DNA of 33,845 bases from an uncultured Methanosarcinaceae archaeon (GTDB lineage: Archaea; Halobacteriota; Methanosarcinia; Methanosarcinales; Methanosarcinaceae): positions 1 to 33,845 of the forward strand of contig CAVRJG010000048.1 of NCBI GenBank assembly GCA_963721455.1, written 5' to 3'. Made by a program: the position numbers and the translations under genes. Positions 19,349 through 29,502 of the stretch are shown here, in pieces. Numbering within the stretch: position 1 is the first letter of the stretch; the number at the start of each line of letters is the position of its first letter. The notes beneath the pieces are model-generated. The model was not told where the DNA came from. It saw nothing but the letters and a program-made list of their open reading frames with translations, and searched no databases.

Positions 19349-19665
19349 TGTATCCTGTTTTACTTATATAATTCACTGTAATTTTCAGGCTGTCTTTTAT
19401 TATCTGGAGATTATCTTTATATTTTTTATTATTTATTTCATTTGCAGGCAGTTAAAAAAGTTATCTCCTTACCTGTTGATGAACTTATCGTGAACCAGAT
19501 AATATAGAGAAATTTGAACTGTTTGATGCGTATTATAGGATGCGTGTTACAGATATTTAAATAGGGGGTCTTAAAATGAACGTTATGAACTTCTAATAGG
19601 TAATATTATAACAGAAAAAATTTATATGTATAAGTGGGAGAGTAGTAAAAAGGCAGGAGAAAAAA

Positions 19666-20304
19666 ATGATAGCCGAATATCTCGGGTTTTTCATTTACAT
19701 ATTCACAGCTATCTTTGTGGTCGTCAGCCCCATCAGCGGAGTGGTAACTTTCATCTCCCTGACCAGCAAGATGACACATGAGGAAAAAAATGACATCGCA
19801 AAAAAATCAGTCACACTGGCATGCGTGATTGCCCTTTTTTTTGCAATCGCAGGAAATGTGATACTCAACCTGTTCAGCGTCAGTGTGGATTCATTGCGGG
19901 TTGCAGGAGGGATCCTGCTTTTCAGCATTGCCTTTGATATGATGCACGCTAAGATTTCAAGGGAGAGCATTACTGAAGAAGAGATTTCGCAATCCCAGGA
20001 ACGCGAGGACATCTGGGTATTTCCTATAGGCCTTCCCCTTCTGACAGGCCCTGGTGCAATCAGTACAGTAATTGTCCTGATGGGAAGCACAGAATCCATT
20101 GAGCAAAAAATAATAATTCTTGTATCAATCATACTGACATTCGTTCTCTGCCTGTATATTTTCCTCTTCTCAAGGAGGATCCACAAATTTATAGGGTATA
20201 ACGGGATGCTGGTCTTTACAAGACTCATGGGGCTTTTGCTTGCAGCTCTGGCAGTAGACCTGACTTCGACAGGCATAATAGATATATTCCATTTAACAAC
20301 TTGA
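19666..20304 (+). CDS. MarC family membrane protein
   Basis: VVSPISG, LRVAGGILL, FPIGLPLLTGPGAIST, TRLMGLLLAALAV; AGGAG RBS. Confidence 0.9.
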   Translation: MIAEYLGFFIYIFTAIFVVVSPISGVVTFISLTSKMTHEEKNDIAKKSVTLACVIALFFAIAGNVILNLFSVSVDSLRVAGGILLFSIAFDMMHAKISRESITEEEISQSQEREDIWVFPIGLPLLTGPGAISTVIVLMGSTESIEQKIIILVSIILTFVLCLYIFLFSRRIHKFIGYNGMLVFTRLMGLLLAALAVDLTSTGIIDIFHLTT

Positions 20305-20726
20305 AACAGTCAGTTAGAGAATGGTTAGAGACAATGAAGTGGGTTAGAACCACTGAAAGCACGCTCTTGAGCGAATTAGTGTAAATATTCAAGTCCAAAA
20401 CCATAATAAAGAGGAAAGGCCAGAGAAAAATAAAAACCGTAATCAAGAAAAAGAAAATACATAAAAATTGAAAATCCTGTCAATCGTGGCTGCGGATTCG
20501 GCCTGAACAGGATTTTTTGGATTTTCCGGTTTGAAGGTTATTTCCGGATACAAATTTCAAAATTAACTATCTGCTGAGTTGTGCACCGAGAATATGTACT
20601 CGCAGATGTGGCTGAAGATATATACCCGCATTTTCTGCAGTAGTAAAATATATTTGAACCAAGTGCCTGATTTTTAAAGGGTGTACCGAACCGGATACAT
20701 TCCGCAGAAGATCCAAACAGCCTGTT

Positions 20727-20867
20727 TCACTCCAGGATAACCAGCGGCTCAAGTCTTACAGTTTCCTTTCTTGTCCAGTACCCGTGCACATGACAGTACT
20801 GGAATTCCCTGAAGCGATCATTTTCAAGTTCGGAATGACACTCCAAACACTTTTTTAAGAAGGACAT
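20727..20867 (-). CDS. Candidate small zinc-finger-like protein (46 aa, CxxC...CxxH)
   Basis: Manual translation MSFLKKCLECHSELENDRFREFQYCHVHGYWTRKETVRLEPLVILE*; AGGAG upstream; alternative in-frame ATG at 20876. Confidence 0.65.
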   Translation of the reverse strand: MSFLKKCLECHSELENDRFREFQYCHVHGYWTRKETVRLEPLVILE

Positions 20868-20964
20868 TCGATACATCTCCTATTAAAAAATACCAATCGA
20901 AAATCTCCGTCAATCTACGGTTAAGATACTTTTTTCATTACTTTTCCAGCCATTTTCCGCTTTT

Positions 20965-23379
20965 TTACTGCCTTCCCAGTTTCTGTTCAGTTTCCAGAAC
21001 CTTAAGGGTGATCTTCATAACCGAATCCGGATTAAGGGAAATGGATTCTATCCCCTCTTTTACCAGGAACTCCGCAATCTCAGGGAAGTCACTTGGAGCC
21101 TGTCCGCAAATCCCGCTGTGCCTCCCATTTCGCTTTGCTCCCTGCACAGCCATTGCCATTATTTTCATGACTCCCGGGTCCCGCTCGTCAAATTCTGCGG
21201 CAAGCAGTTCCGAATCCCTGTCAACGCCAAGGGTTAGCTGGGTCAGGTCATTTGAGCCTATGGAAAAGCCGTCGAAAAATTTGCTAAATTCGTCTATAAG
21301 GAGAACGTTATTCGGAATCTCACACATGACATAGACCTGTAGCCCGTTTTCCCCTCGTTTAAGCCCGTTTTTCTCCATTTCGGCGATCACTTTCTGCGCT
21401 TCCTCAACAGTCCTGCAGAAGGGAATCATAAGAATGATATTTGTAAGCCCCATTTGTTCCCTGGCCTTTTTCATAGCCCTGCACTCGAGGGCGAAACCTT
21501 CCCTGTAACGCTCATCAAAATAGCGGGAAGCTCCCCTGAACCCTATCATAGGGTTGCTTTCTTCCATTTCAAAGTAGCTGCCCCCAAGAAGGCTTGCATA
21601 CTCGTTGGTTTTGAAGTCGCTCATGCGGACTACAACCGGCTTCGGGTAAAAAGCCGCGGCAATGGTCCCAACTCCCTGGGCAAGCTGCTCGACAAAATAT
21701 TCTTCTTTATTGTAGCCTCTGGTAAGCTGTTCGATTTCCCTGAGCACTTTAGGGTCTTTGACCCTTTCAGGATGCACAAGAGCCATCGGGTGTAGCTTGA
21801 TATAGCTTGTAATGATAAACTCCAGCCTCGCAAGCCCTATTCCGTCATTCGGGATCATAGAAAAGCCAAAAGCTTCTTCAGGGTTTCCAAGATTCATCAT
21901 AATCTCGGTTTTCGGGCGTTTCGTGTCTTTCAGGCTCAGGGTATCTTTATGAAAAGGAAGAATACCATCGTATACAAGCCCGTCCTCTCCTTCGGCACAG
22001 CTCACGGTGATATCCCTGCCTGTCTCAAGGACTTCGGTTGCATTGCCTGCTCCTACGACTGCGGGAACTCCGAGTTCCCGGCTGACAATGGCTGCATGGC
22101 AGGTCCTTCCTCCTTTGTTCGTGACAATTGCGGCTGCCGTTTTCATGACAGGTTCCCAGTCCGGAGTCGTGGTGTCCGCAATCAGGATTTCTCCTGGTTT
22201 AAAAGAGGGCAGATCCGAAATATCAGTAATCACATGGGCTTTTCCGGAAGCAATTTTATCTCCCACGCTCCTGCCTTTTGCAAGGACATTTGATTTTTTT
22301 TCAAGTACGTAGGTCTCCAGGACATCTTTGCTCTTCTGGGACTGCACAGTCTCCGGTCTTGCCTGTACTATAAAGAGTTCCCCTGTTATGCCGTCCTTTG
22401 CCCATTCGATGTCCATGGGGCGGGGTTCCCTATACTTGTTAGAGTAGTGGTCTTCTATATCAATCGCGTATTTTGCAAGTTTGAGCACTTCGTCATCATC
22501 AATACAGAAGCGCAGCCGATCAGCCTCAGGAACTTCCACATTGCGGGTGAGCACTTTTGAATCGCCGCGCCCGTAGATCATTTTAATTTCCTTGCTCCCT
22601 ACCTTCTTCTGGATAATCGGCTTGTATCCTGCCTTGAAAGTCGTCTTAAAAACGTAGAACTCATCGGGATTGACCTGCCCCTGAACGATATTCTCTCCGA
22701 GCCCGTATGTACCCGTGATAAAGACCACGTCCCTGAAACCGGTTTCCGTGTCAAGGGTAAAAATAACCCCGCTGGAAGCCAGATCCGACCTGACCATTTT
22801 CATGATTCCTATGGAAAGGCCCACTTTGAAGTGGTCGAATTTATTGGTTACGCGGTAGGAAATAGCCCTGTCCGTAAAAAGCGAGGCAAAGCAGCGTATG
22901 CATGCATCCCGAAGCCCTGGATAGCCCCGGATATTCAGGTAAGTTTCCTGCTGGCCCGCAAATGAAGCAGTTGGAAGATCCTCAGCCGTTGCCGAACTCC
23001 GCACAGCTACATCCGTATCCTCCCCGTACTGTTCGCAGAGGCGGTCATATCCGGTTTTGATCTCCTCCCAGAGATCGTCCGGGATTCCTGCCCCAAGGAT
23101 CAGGTCTCTTGCAATCTTCCCCCTTTTTGCAAGTTCTGCAACATCCGCAGTATCGAGCCCTTCCATTGTTTTTTTGAGTTTCTCCAGAATCCCTCCGGCT
23201 TTAAGGGTATGCCAGTAAGCTTCAGCAGTGACTGAAAAGCCATTAGGGATCCTGACCCCCTTCGAAGTAAGCTCCCTGTACATTTCCCCGAGGGAAGCAT
23301 TCTTCCCGCCCACCAGCGGGACATCATCAATCGTGGTCTCTTCAAACCAGCGGATGTACTTGCTTTTATTCTTAGACAT
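20965..23379 (-). CDS. ppsA: Phosphoenolpyruvate synthase (pyruvate, water dikinase)
   Basis: VGGKNASLGEM, AVRSSATAED...SFAGQQET, QARPETV, phospho-His GGRTCHAAIVSRE, GFSIGSNDLTQ, GICGQAPS. Confidence 0.96.
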   Translation of the reverse strand: MSKNKSKYIRWFEETTIDDVPLVGGKNASLGEMYRELTSKGVRIPNGFSVTAEAYWHTLKAGGILEKLKKTMEGLDTADVAELAKRGKIARDLILGAGIPDDLWEEIKTGYDRLCEQYGEDTDVAVRSSATAEDLPTASFAGQQETYLNIRGYPGLRDACIRCFASLFTDRAISYRVTNKFDHFKVGLSIGIMKMVRSDLASSGVIFTLDTETGFRDVVFITGTYGLGENIVQGQVNPDEFYVFKTTFKAGYKPIIQKKVGSKEIKMIYGRGDSKVLTRNVEVPEADRLRFCIDDDEVLKLAKYAIDIEDHYSNKYREPRPMDIEWAKDGITGELFIVQARPETVQSQKSKDVLETYVLEKKSNVLAKGRSVGDKIASGKAHVITDISDLPSFKPGEILIADTTTPDWEPVMKTAAAIVTNKGGRTCHAAIVSRELGVPAVVGAGNATEVLETGRDITVSCAEGEDGLVYDGILPFHKDTLSLKDTKRPKTEIMMNLGNPEEAFGFSMIPNDGIGLARLEFIITSYIKLHPMALVHPERVKDPKVLREIEQLTRGYNKEEYFVEQLAQGVGTIAAAFYPKPVVVRMSDFKTNEYASLLGGSYFEMEESNPMIGFRGASRYFDERYREGFALECRAMKKAREQMGLTNIILMIPFCRTVEEAQKVIAEMEKNGLKRGENGLQVYVMCEIPNNVLLIDEFSKFFDGFSIGSNDLTQLTLGVDRDSELLAAEFDERDPGVMKIMAMAVQGAKRNGRHSGICGQAPSDFPEIAEFLVKEGIESISLNPDSVMKITLKVLETEQKLGRQ

Positions 23380-23798
23380 TTCCCCGAAATCCCCTTTAAA
23401 ATTATTTATTGTAATTTAAAAAGTGCGGCAATACATTTAACTTTTGATGAAAAACTTTTAAAGTTTTCCCCGATCCGGACAGAAAACTCCGTATCAAATT
23501 TGACCCCAATTATAATTTATGCGTTAATGAAAGAAATTAGTTTGCTTCTGGAAGAGGAACAGTTAAGTCAAAGTTTGAGAGTATCAGAATTCGAATTATT
23601 CATTGAAACGGACTTTCTTTATTCTGAAACTATCAACAATTTTTTTCGCTGGGTTTTAACATACTGTCACATACTCTTTTAATATCTTCATTTTTAAAAA
23701 CTCAGAACAATTTCCAACAGGAGAAGATAATTGAGGGATTGAGAATGGAAAAATGGCTCTCAGTGCCGGAATACAAAAAAGAAAAGGGCCGAAAAGCG

Positions 23799-24272
23799 TC
23801 AGTATTCTATCTTATCCTCGGATTCTTCCCACTCCTTAAAAGCCTTCAGTGCCTCTTTCCGAAGAAGCTGGCGGAATTCGATATATCTCTCCTGAAGAGG
23901 GCGTGAGATTTCTTCATAGATTCGAGAATCCGCAAAGCCGATACTTCTGGCATCGGACGCTGTATTGGCAAAAAAGACTTTGTCAATCCTGGCCCAGTAG
24001 ATAGCCCCAAGGCACATCGGACAGGGTTCGCAGGAAGAGTAGAGCACACAGCCGCTAAGATCAAAAGTATCGAGTTTTTGGGCTGCGGCCCTTATTACAT
24101 TAATCTCTGCATGGGCTGTAGGGTCATTAAGCGCTGTTACCTGGTTGCAGCTTTCTGCAAGGATTTCGCCTTTTCTGGTGATTACCGCACCAAAAGGGCC
24201 TCTCCCTTTTTTCACATTTTCAAGGGAAAGTTCAATTGCACGTCTCATAAACAAAAAATCATTATCTGACAT
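23799..24272 (-). CDS. Zinc-dependent nucleobase deaminase, GuaD-type guanine deaminase
   Basis: GPFGAVI, DPTAHAE, SSCEPCPMCLGAIYWARI, C-terminal Tyr. Confidence 0.85.
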   Translation of the reverse strand: MSDNDFLFMRRAIELSLENVKKGRGPFGAVITRKGEILAESCNQVTALNDPTAHAEINVIRAAAQKLDTFDLSGCVLYSSCEPCPMCLGAIYWARIDKVFFANTASDARSIGFADSRIYEEISRPLQERYIEFRQLLRKEALKAFKEWEESEDKIEY

Positions 24273-24393
24273 GTTTTGCTCTCTAATTTATATTCTCATT
24301 TGCTGCTATCGGAAGCACTTTTACTGAAAGATAAGACTCTTCTATCCAATGCTAAGGATAAACGAAATAAAAGGAGTTTTGCAGGATAATTGT

Positions 24394-24435
24394 TAAGTAC
24401 AAATGTATGTTAAATAAGTACAAATGTATATTAAA
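24394..24435. repeat. 21-bp direct repeat x2
   Basis: TAAGTACAAATGTATGTTAAA / TAAGTACAAATGTATATTAAA. Confidence 0.8.
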
Positions 24436-24439
24436 TAAT

Positions 24440-24583
24440 TAGTCGAAAATTAAACAGCAGGCAAAGATTAAACAATAATCGAAGATTAAACAATAATCGA
24501 AGATTAAACAATAATCGAAAATTGAACAATAATCGAAGATTGAACAATAATCGAAGATTGAACAATAATCGAAGATTAAACAG
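24440..24583. repeat. 18-bp tandem repeat x8 (consensus TAATCGAAGATTRAACAA)
   Basis: Eight head-to-tail copies, the first two more diverged; ends just before the RBS of the next gene. Confidence 0.9.
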
Positions 24584-24600
24584 TAGGTGGAGTGATAATT

Positions 24601-24870
24601 TTGACAAAGAAGCAATTTACGGCTGAAGAGGCAAAGGCAGTTGGGGAAAAGCTGGAAATAAAATGGGATAAGTTCGATGTCGACCAGTTCCGCAGAGGCA
24701 TGGACGTAGAACTTGAACACGGGACCATAGACCCCGCAACAAATGTTACTAACGACGACCCCATAATGACAGGAAAAATTGCTCTGGCTCATCTGAATGA
24801 GTTTTCGGACTATTATGACAGACTGGAAGAAATGGAAGAAGAAGCCGAGGAGTTCTGGGAAAAGAAGTAA
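24601..24870 (+). CDS. DUF5661-like small acidic protein
   Basis: QFRRGMDVELEHG...TGKIALAHLNEFSDYYDRL; likely TTG start after GGAGTGA. Confidence 0.75.
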   Translation: MTKKQFTAEEAKAVGEKLEIKWDKFDVDQFRRGMDVELEHGTIDPATNVTNDDPIMTGKIALAHLNEFSDYYDRLEEMEEEAEEFWEKK

Positions 24871-25234
24871 ACATCGAGCTGGATCAACTGCTTTTTTATT
24901 TTTACTTTGAATTTTATTTTTTACAATTTCATATTTAAATTACCTTTTTATCAATTACCTTATTTTGGCTTATTTTTCAATAATTCGATAACTATTTACT
25001 ACCATTTTATTTTTAGCAGCATATAATAGTTAGTTAAAAATGGTTTAAAACAGCCGATGAAGCAGTAAAACGTACAAAAAGTGAGTTTTTTAGAAACATG
25101 AGCCAGGAATTGAGAATTTCTCTAAATTCAATAACTGTATTCCTTCACTTGTTAAAATTCATCCGTCTCTTACAGCCTTACCTCATTATATTCGCTATAT
25201 ATTCATATATCAGCTTGTGCCATAGCCACTGTAT

Positions 25235-25999
25235 ATGACCAGCTATAAAGTTCTTGTAAGAGATGTTATAAAAAAAGCTGATGTCCTTCTTGAAGTCATA
25301 GATGCCAGATTTCCTGAAGAGACACGAAACAGCGAAATCGAGCGTGAAATAGTCCGCTTGAACAAACCTTTCATAATAGTCATCAATAAATGCGACCTTG
25401 TATCAAAGGAAAAACTTGAGAAAACCAAAGCCCGCCTCTCAAAAATTGCACCTGCGATTTTTATTTCCAGCAAAGACAGGTCAGGAACAACGATGCTAAG
25501 GCACCAGATCCTCGCATCCGCCTGTATAAAAGATAGGGATATCCTTGTCGGAACCCTCGGCTATCCCAATGTGGGCAAATCCTCGGTGATCAATGGCGTT
25601 ACAGGCAGACACAGAACGGGCACGTCTCCTATATCCGGCTACACAAAAGGAGTCCAGAACGTGGATGCAGGTTCACGAATTATGTTTATAGATACTCCCG
25701 GAGTAATTCCCTTCGATGAAAACGACGAATACATCCAGGGCCTTCTCGGAATAAAAGATGCAACCCATCTGAAGGACCACATTGGCGTCGCCCTGAAAAT
25801 AATCGGAATAATTCTTGCTGAAAACAAAACCGCCCTTGAGTCCCTCTATAAGATTACAGTAGAGAATGAGAGTGACTATGATGTGCTTAAACTTATAGGC
25901 AAACAGTGCAATTTTCTGCAGAAAAAAGGTGAAGTTGATGAAACAAGGACTGCTACCAAAATAATCAATGACTGGCAAATCGGGCTGCTTCGTATTTAA
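25235..25999 (+). CDS. Circularly permuted GTPase, YlqF/RbgA family
   Basis: DAR, G4 NKCD before G1 GYPNVGKS and G3 DTPG. Confidence 0.9.
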   Translation: MTSYKVLVRDVIKKADVLLEVIDARFPEETRNSEIEREIVRLNKPFIIVINKCDLVSKEKLEKTKARLSKIAPAIFISSKDRSGTTMLRHQILASACIKDRDILVGTLGYPNVGKSSVINGVTGRHRTGTSPISGYTKGVQNVDAGSRIMFIDTPGVIPFDENDEYIQGLLGIKDATHLKDHIGVALKIIGIILAENKTALESLYKITVENESDYDVLKLIGKQCNFLQKKGEVDETRTATKIINDWQIGLLRI

Positions 26000-26107
26000 G
26001 CCTGATATGCAGCTTCACGATGTCTATAAGAACATTGCAGGCCATATATTGGAATACGTTTTCACTTCTATTATGAATTTTTGTTACAGGTATGTGGGGA
26101 TGAGATT

Positions 26108-26263
26108 TTGACGACAGACCAGGAAATTCTTGCTAGAATCCAGGAAATTGAAAAGAGAATGGAAAAAATGGAAGCTGTGCTTGAGAATATTAACAATATC
26201 CTGAAAAAAGTCGAGCAAAATACCTATTTCGGGTGCTATATGCCAGAGGGAAAGCTGGAGTAA
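26108..26263 (+). CDS. Small coiled-coil hypothetical protein
   Basis: Heptad-like ILARIQEIEKRMEKMEAVLENINNILKKVE; TTG start after GGGGA. Confidence 0.6.
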   Translation: MTTDQEILARIQEIEKRMEKMEAVLENINNILKKVEQNTYFGCYMPEGKLE

Positions 26264-26646
26264 AGAAAAAAAACATATTCAGATTTTCGGTGTTCCGTGG
26301 GGGAATTGATTGAGATTATTTCAGGGAAACATGATCATCATCCGTCTGGCGTTCTTGTCCCGCGCCGAGGCGCGGCTGGAGCTTATTGTCTTCGAGTAAT
26401 AAAAAGGAAGACTTCAGCCTGATTGGATAAATCGAGTATCAAACTATTAACCGATTCGTAGTGGACAACCTGATTTTCCAAATCTTGTTTTTTTCCAATT
26501 TTACTATCAATTCTTATTTTGAAGCCTGATTTTTCTTTATCCCATAATTTTGTGAAAAACCACTCTTTTTTTATATTTATATCTAAGACCTACAATAAAA
26601 ACCATAACTATAAATTTAATAGTTTCTAATTTTTGTTACTGAGAAG

Positions 26647-27190
26647 GTGTTTTTTCTGGATTATCATTCTCTTGACCTGCAAATATCAAAAGTAACTGGA
26701 AATTCCCGCAATCTGTACACAGCTTCAATTCTGGAAAACGGAGATATTAAGGCTACCCAGGATTTTGAGCTTAGACAAGACTTGAAACTTAGTCAAATGC
26801 TGAATCGGATTGAAGAAAAAGCTGTAATTGCCAAACCTCAGCCTGAAGAGACAACTCATATCGAATTCGGAAAAATGTTGTACGATGCTGTATTTTCAGG
26901 CGAACTGGGAGGTTATTTCAACAAACGTTTCAATGAAGTTCAGGACGAAAATTGCGGACTCAGGGTTTCCATGCAGTTCAGTGAAGATGTTCCCGAAATT
27001 GCAGCTTTGCCCTGGGAATACCTGCACAACGGAGAAGACTTTTTAATCACCAGAAGGAGCATTTTGCTCTCAAGACTCCCGCCTGAAGTAAAGAAAACCG
27101 AATCCCAACCCCTTGATTCTATTCTCAGAATGCTGGTAGTAATCTCAAGTCCGGATGGTCCGGGAATTTCACCTTTGAATACCGAAAAAG
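26647..27190 (+). pseudogene. CHAT-domain protein, 5' part, truncated by IS6
   Basis: FGKMLYDAVF, IAALPWEYL, LRMLVVISSP, PLNTEK; frame runs into the IS6 TIR at 27191, before the catalytic His/Cys region. Confidence 0.8.
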
Positions 27191-28047
27191 GGTTCCGTTG
27201 CAAAAAATCTCAGAATAAGCATGTAAATCTATAGACAGTAAACAAAAGTTAAAATATTCAAGAAGATTTATCAATATTATACAACTATCCCAAATAATTG
27301 ATTTATGTATTTGACTTCATTAAGAACAGAGTAGTTCAGATTCTTGACTTGTCCCTTTTTAATCATATTTATAGCTTCAATTCCTTTTAAAGTTTTATTA
27401 GCAGATTGAAAAGACTGAAATCCTAACATTGGATTAACAATTCGCTTTATACATCTATGATCTTGTTCTATGATGTTATTCAAATACTTTATTTGTCTAA
27501 TACTTACGTTTCTAGGTAGTGTTTTGTCATTTTTTAGTTTATCTATAGCAGGTGGATAAGCTGGATTTTTATCAACTGTGATTACTCTTGGAATTTGATT
27601 ATGACTAGAATTCAAAGCTTTCTTAAAGAACCGTTTTGCTGCTTTTCGATCTCGTTTTGCACTTAACATGAAATCAATTGTATCTCCATTTGAGTCAACT
27701 GCTCGGTAAAAATATTTCCATTTACCCTTTACTTTTATGTAAGTCTCATCAACTCTCCACGAATCATTTGTTTGTCTTAAATGTCTTCTGATCTTCTTTT
27801 CGATTTCAGGGGAATATTGATGCACCCATCTCATGATAGTACTGTGATCAACTGGAATTCCTCTTTCTGCCATCATTTCCTTTAAATTTCTATAACTAAG
27901 TGGGTATTTTAAGTACCATCTAACATTCAATAAGATAATTTCACCAACAAAGTGTTTCCATTTAAAGGAATTTACTGGCATAATGTCTACTCCAAAATTT
28001 CTACTTACTACAGTAAATCCCTATCATAATTTTTTTGCAACGGAACC
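27191..28047 (-). mobile_element. IS6-family insertion sequence (857 bp)
   Basis: Perfect TIRs GGTTCCGTTGCAAAAAA / TTTTTTGCAACGGAACC; no flanking duplication. Confidence 0.92.
27277..27981 (-). CDS. IS6-family DDE transposase
   Basis: FKWKHF, VRWYL..LSYRNL, WRVDETY, YRAVD, TVDK, NNIIEQDHR. Confidence 0.93.
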   Translation of the reverse strand: MPVNSFKWKHFVGEIILLNVRWYLKYPLSYRNLKEMMAERGIPVDHSTIMRWVHQYSPEIEKKIRRHLRQTNDSWRVDETYIKVKGKWKYFYRAVDSNGDTIDFMLSAKRDRKAAKRFFKKALNSSHNQIPRVITVDKNPAYPPAIDKLKNDKTLPRNVSIRQIKYLNNIIEQDHRCIKRIVNPMLGFQSFQSANKTLKGIEAINMIKKGQVKNLNYSVLNEVKYINQLFGIVV

Positions 28048-28184
28048 CAAATTTCCGTGTCCTTCTGTAAAAATTCCGTGGTTATAGAATCATTGTATTG
28101 CGTTTTCCCATGCTTTCTGTGGTTATAAACCTGAAATAAATTAGTGTAATTATCAGGTTCGAAATTATAGTTTCCCGAAGGTGC

Positions 28185-28940
28185 TTAACCTTCCTCTGCA
28201 ATTTTCAGCAAGATATATGTCATACATGTCACAAAAAGGATTGAAAACAAAAGTGACTGGGTAAAGCTGACACTGAACTGCAAGCCTGCCGGCAGAATGA
28301 AGTAGAGGAAGAATAAGAACACCAGTAGTAAAAAGCCTCCAAAAGCCATAGTCAGAGGAAGCTTTTCATTCCCACCTATATTTTTATGAGCTCTTTTTCC
28401 CGGGAAAGCTGAAAAGCTTCCTGTAAAGCCTTTACGGATAGAAGACAACATCTCACCAAATCCGTTTCCATTTCCTGATTTCGGGCGAGAAGTTTTTTTT
28501 TCACAGGTAGCGCAACTGAGATCTTGAGGCTTCAGATCTTCCTCATTTTCCCGTGTGTAGGGCTCATCCCTTGAGTTTTCTTGCGGCTTTGAATCAACTT
28601 TTCCAAGCTGTACTGGAAAACCTTTCTTTCTTGAGCCGTAACCTGCTGTGATATAGATCTGCCCTTTTGTAAGCATCCTGCCTTCTTGAGGGATTCTTGC
28701 AACTGCGGAAACATATTCTTTTTGAAGCACATACGGATTATCCCTCAAAAAAGTAATCTGGCCTTTTAACTCTTCACTTACTGAAAGGTGGATATGGGTT
28801 GGAGATCCGTAGTTTGTGACCAGGATTTCAAAAGTCTGCTCGCCGCCGGGATAAAGAGAGATCTCCATGCTTTCGTTTTCAAACTCTATTGAGTTTATTT
28901 CCTGACGGTTGATAATAACATTCTGGAATATCTGTTGCAA
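28185..28940 (-). CDS. Hypothetical protein with C-terminal membrane anchors
   Basis: 251-aa ORF following Trm112; two C-terminal hydrophobic segments. Confidence 0.7.
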   Translation of the reverse strand: MQQIFQNVIINRQEINSIEFENESMEISLYPGGEQTFEILVTNYGSPTHIHLSVSEELKGQITFLRDNPYVLQKEYVSAVARIPQEGRMLTKGQIYITAGYGSRKKGFPVQLGKVDSKPQENSRDEPYTRENEEDLKPQDLSCATCEKKTSRPKSGNGNGFGEMLSSIRKGFTGSFSAFPGKRAHKNIGGNEKLPLTMAFGGFLLLVFLFFLYFILPAGLQFSVSFTQSLLFSILFVTCMTYILLKIAEEG

Positions 28941-28954
28941 GTTTAACCCTCACA

Positions 28955-29137
28955 TCAGTTCCTGAGGTCAGGAGGAAGCAAATTGGGAATTCCCTCATCT
29001 ATAGGATAATGCTCCTTGCATACGGGGCAGTAGAGGGTTCCTGAGATGACCTCTATCTTGTTTTCTTCGACAACGTTCAGAATCAGGTCGCCCTTACATA
29101 TAGGGCAAGCCAGAATATCCATAAGATCTTTTTTCAC
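28955..29137 (-). CDS. trm112: Trm112-family methyltransferase partner
   Basis: DLMDILACPICKGDL...GTLYCPVC...YPIDEGIPNLLPP; likely GTG start at 29137. Confidence 0.88.
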   Translation of the reverse strand: MKKDLMDILACPICKGDLILNVVEENKIEVISGTLYCPVCKEHYPIDEGIPNLLPPDLRN

Positions 29138-29370
29138 CAAATTCACCGTTAAAGCCGCTTTCCGATAGGAGGAGACAGAATTTTACATTTAGTAGGGATA
29201 ACTGATTGTTTCTAATCCTCACTTTTTCTTCGTCCTGTGGATGTGAACTTTATCCCGTTATTTAACCGTATTCAATTCATCTTCCTATTTTAATGTAATC
29301 TATATATTTACAGGCACTTACGTTTGAAGCTTATCCGTTCTATCGAATGTTTTTCTTTATAAAGCCTATC

Positions 29371-29502
29371 CCGAAACTAATTAGGAGTTATGCAGTTGGC
29401 TCTTAGCATATCGTTTTTCACAACTTCCCATCCATACCGAAACTAATTAGGAGTTACGCAGTTGGCTCTTAGCATATCGTTTTTCACAACTTCCCATCCA
29501 TA
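29371..29502. repeat. 66-bp tandem duplication spanning the IS701 end
   Basis: 29371-29436 and 29437-29502 differ at one base (TTATGCA vs TTACGCA, inside the TIR). Confidence 0.9.

Noticed and set aside
24440-24583. Possible CRISPR array, and the minus-strand FDYCSI-repeat ORF 24439-24792
   Set aside because: Repeats are head-to-tail with no spacers and no cas genes; the ORF is the antisense shadow of the DUF5661-like gene plus the repeat.
26331-26399. 22-codon ORF MIIIRLAFLSRAEARLELIVFE containing a GC hairpin CCGCGC...GCGCGG
   Set aside because: No clear promoter or recognisable motif; could be a remnant, but unsupported.
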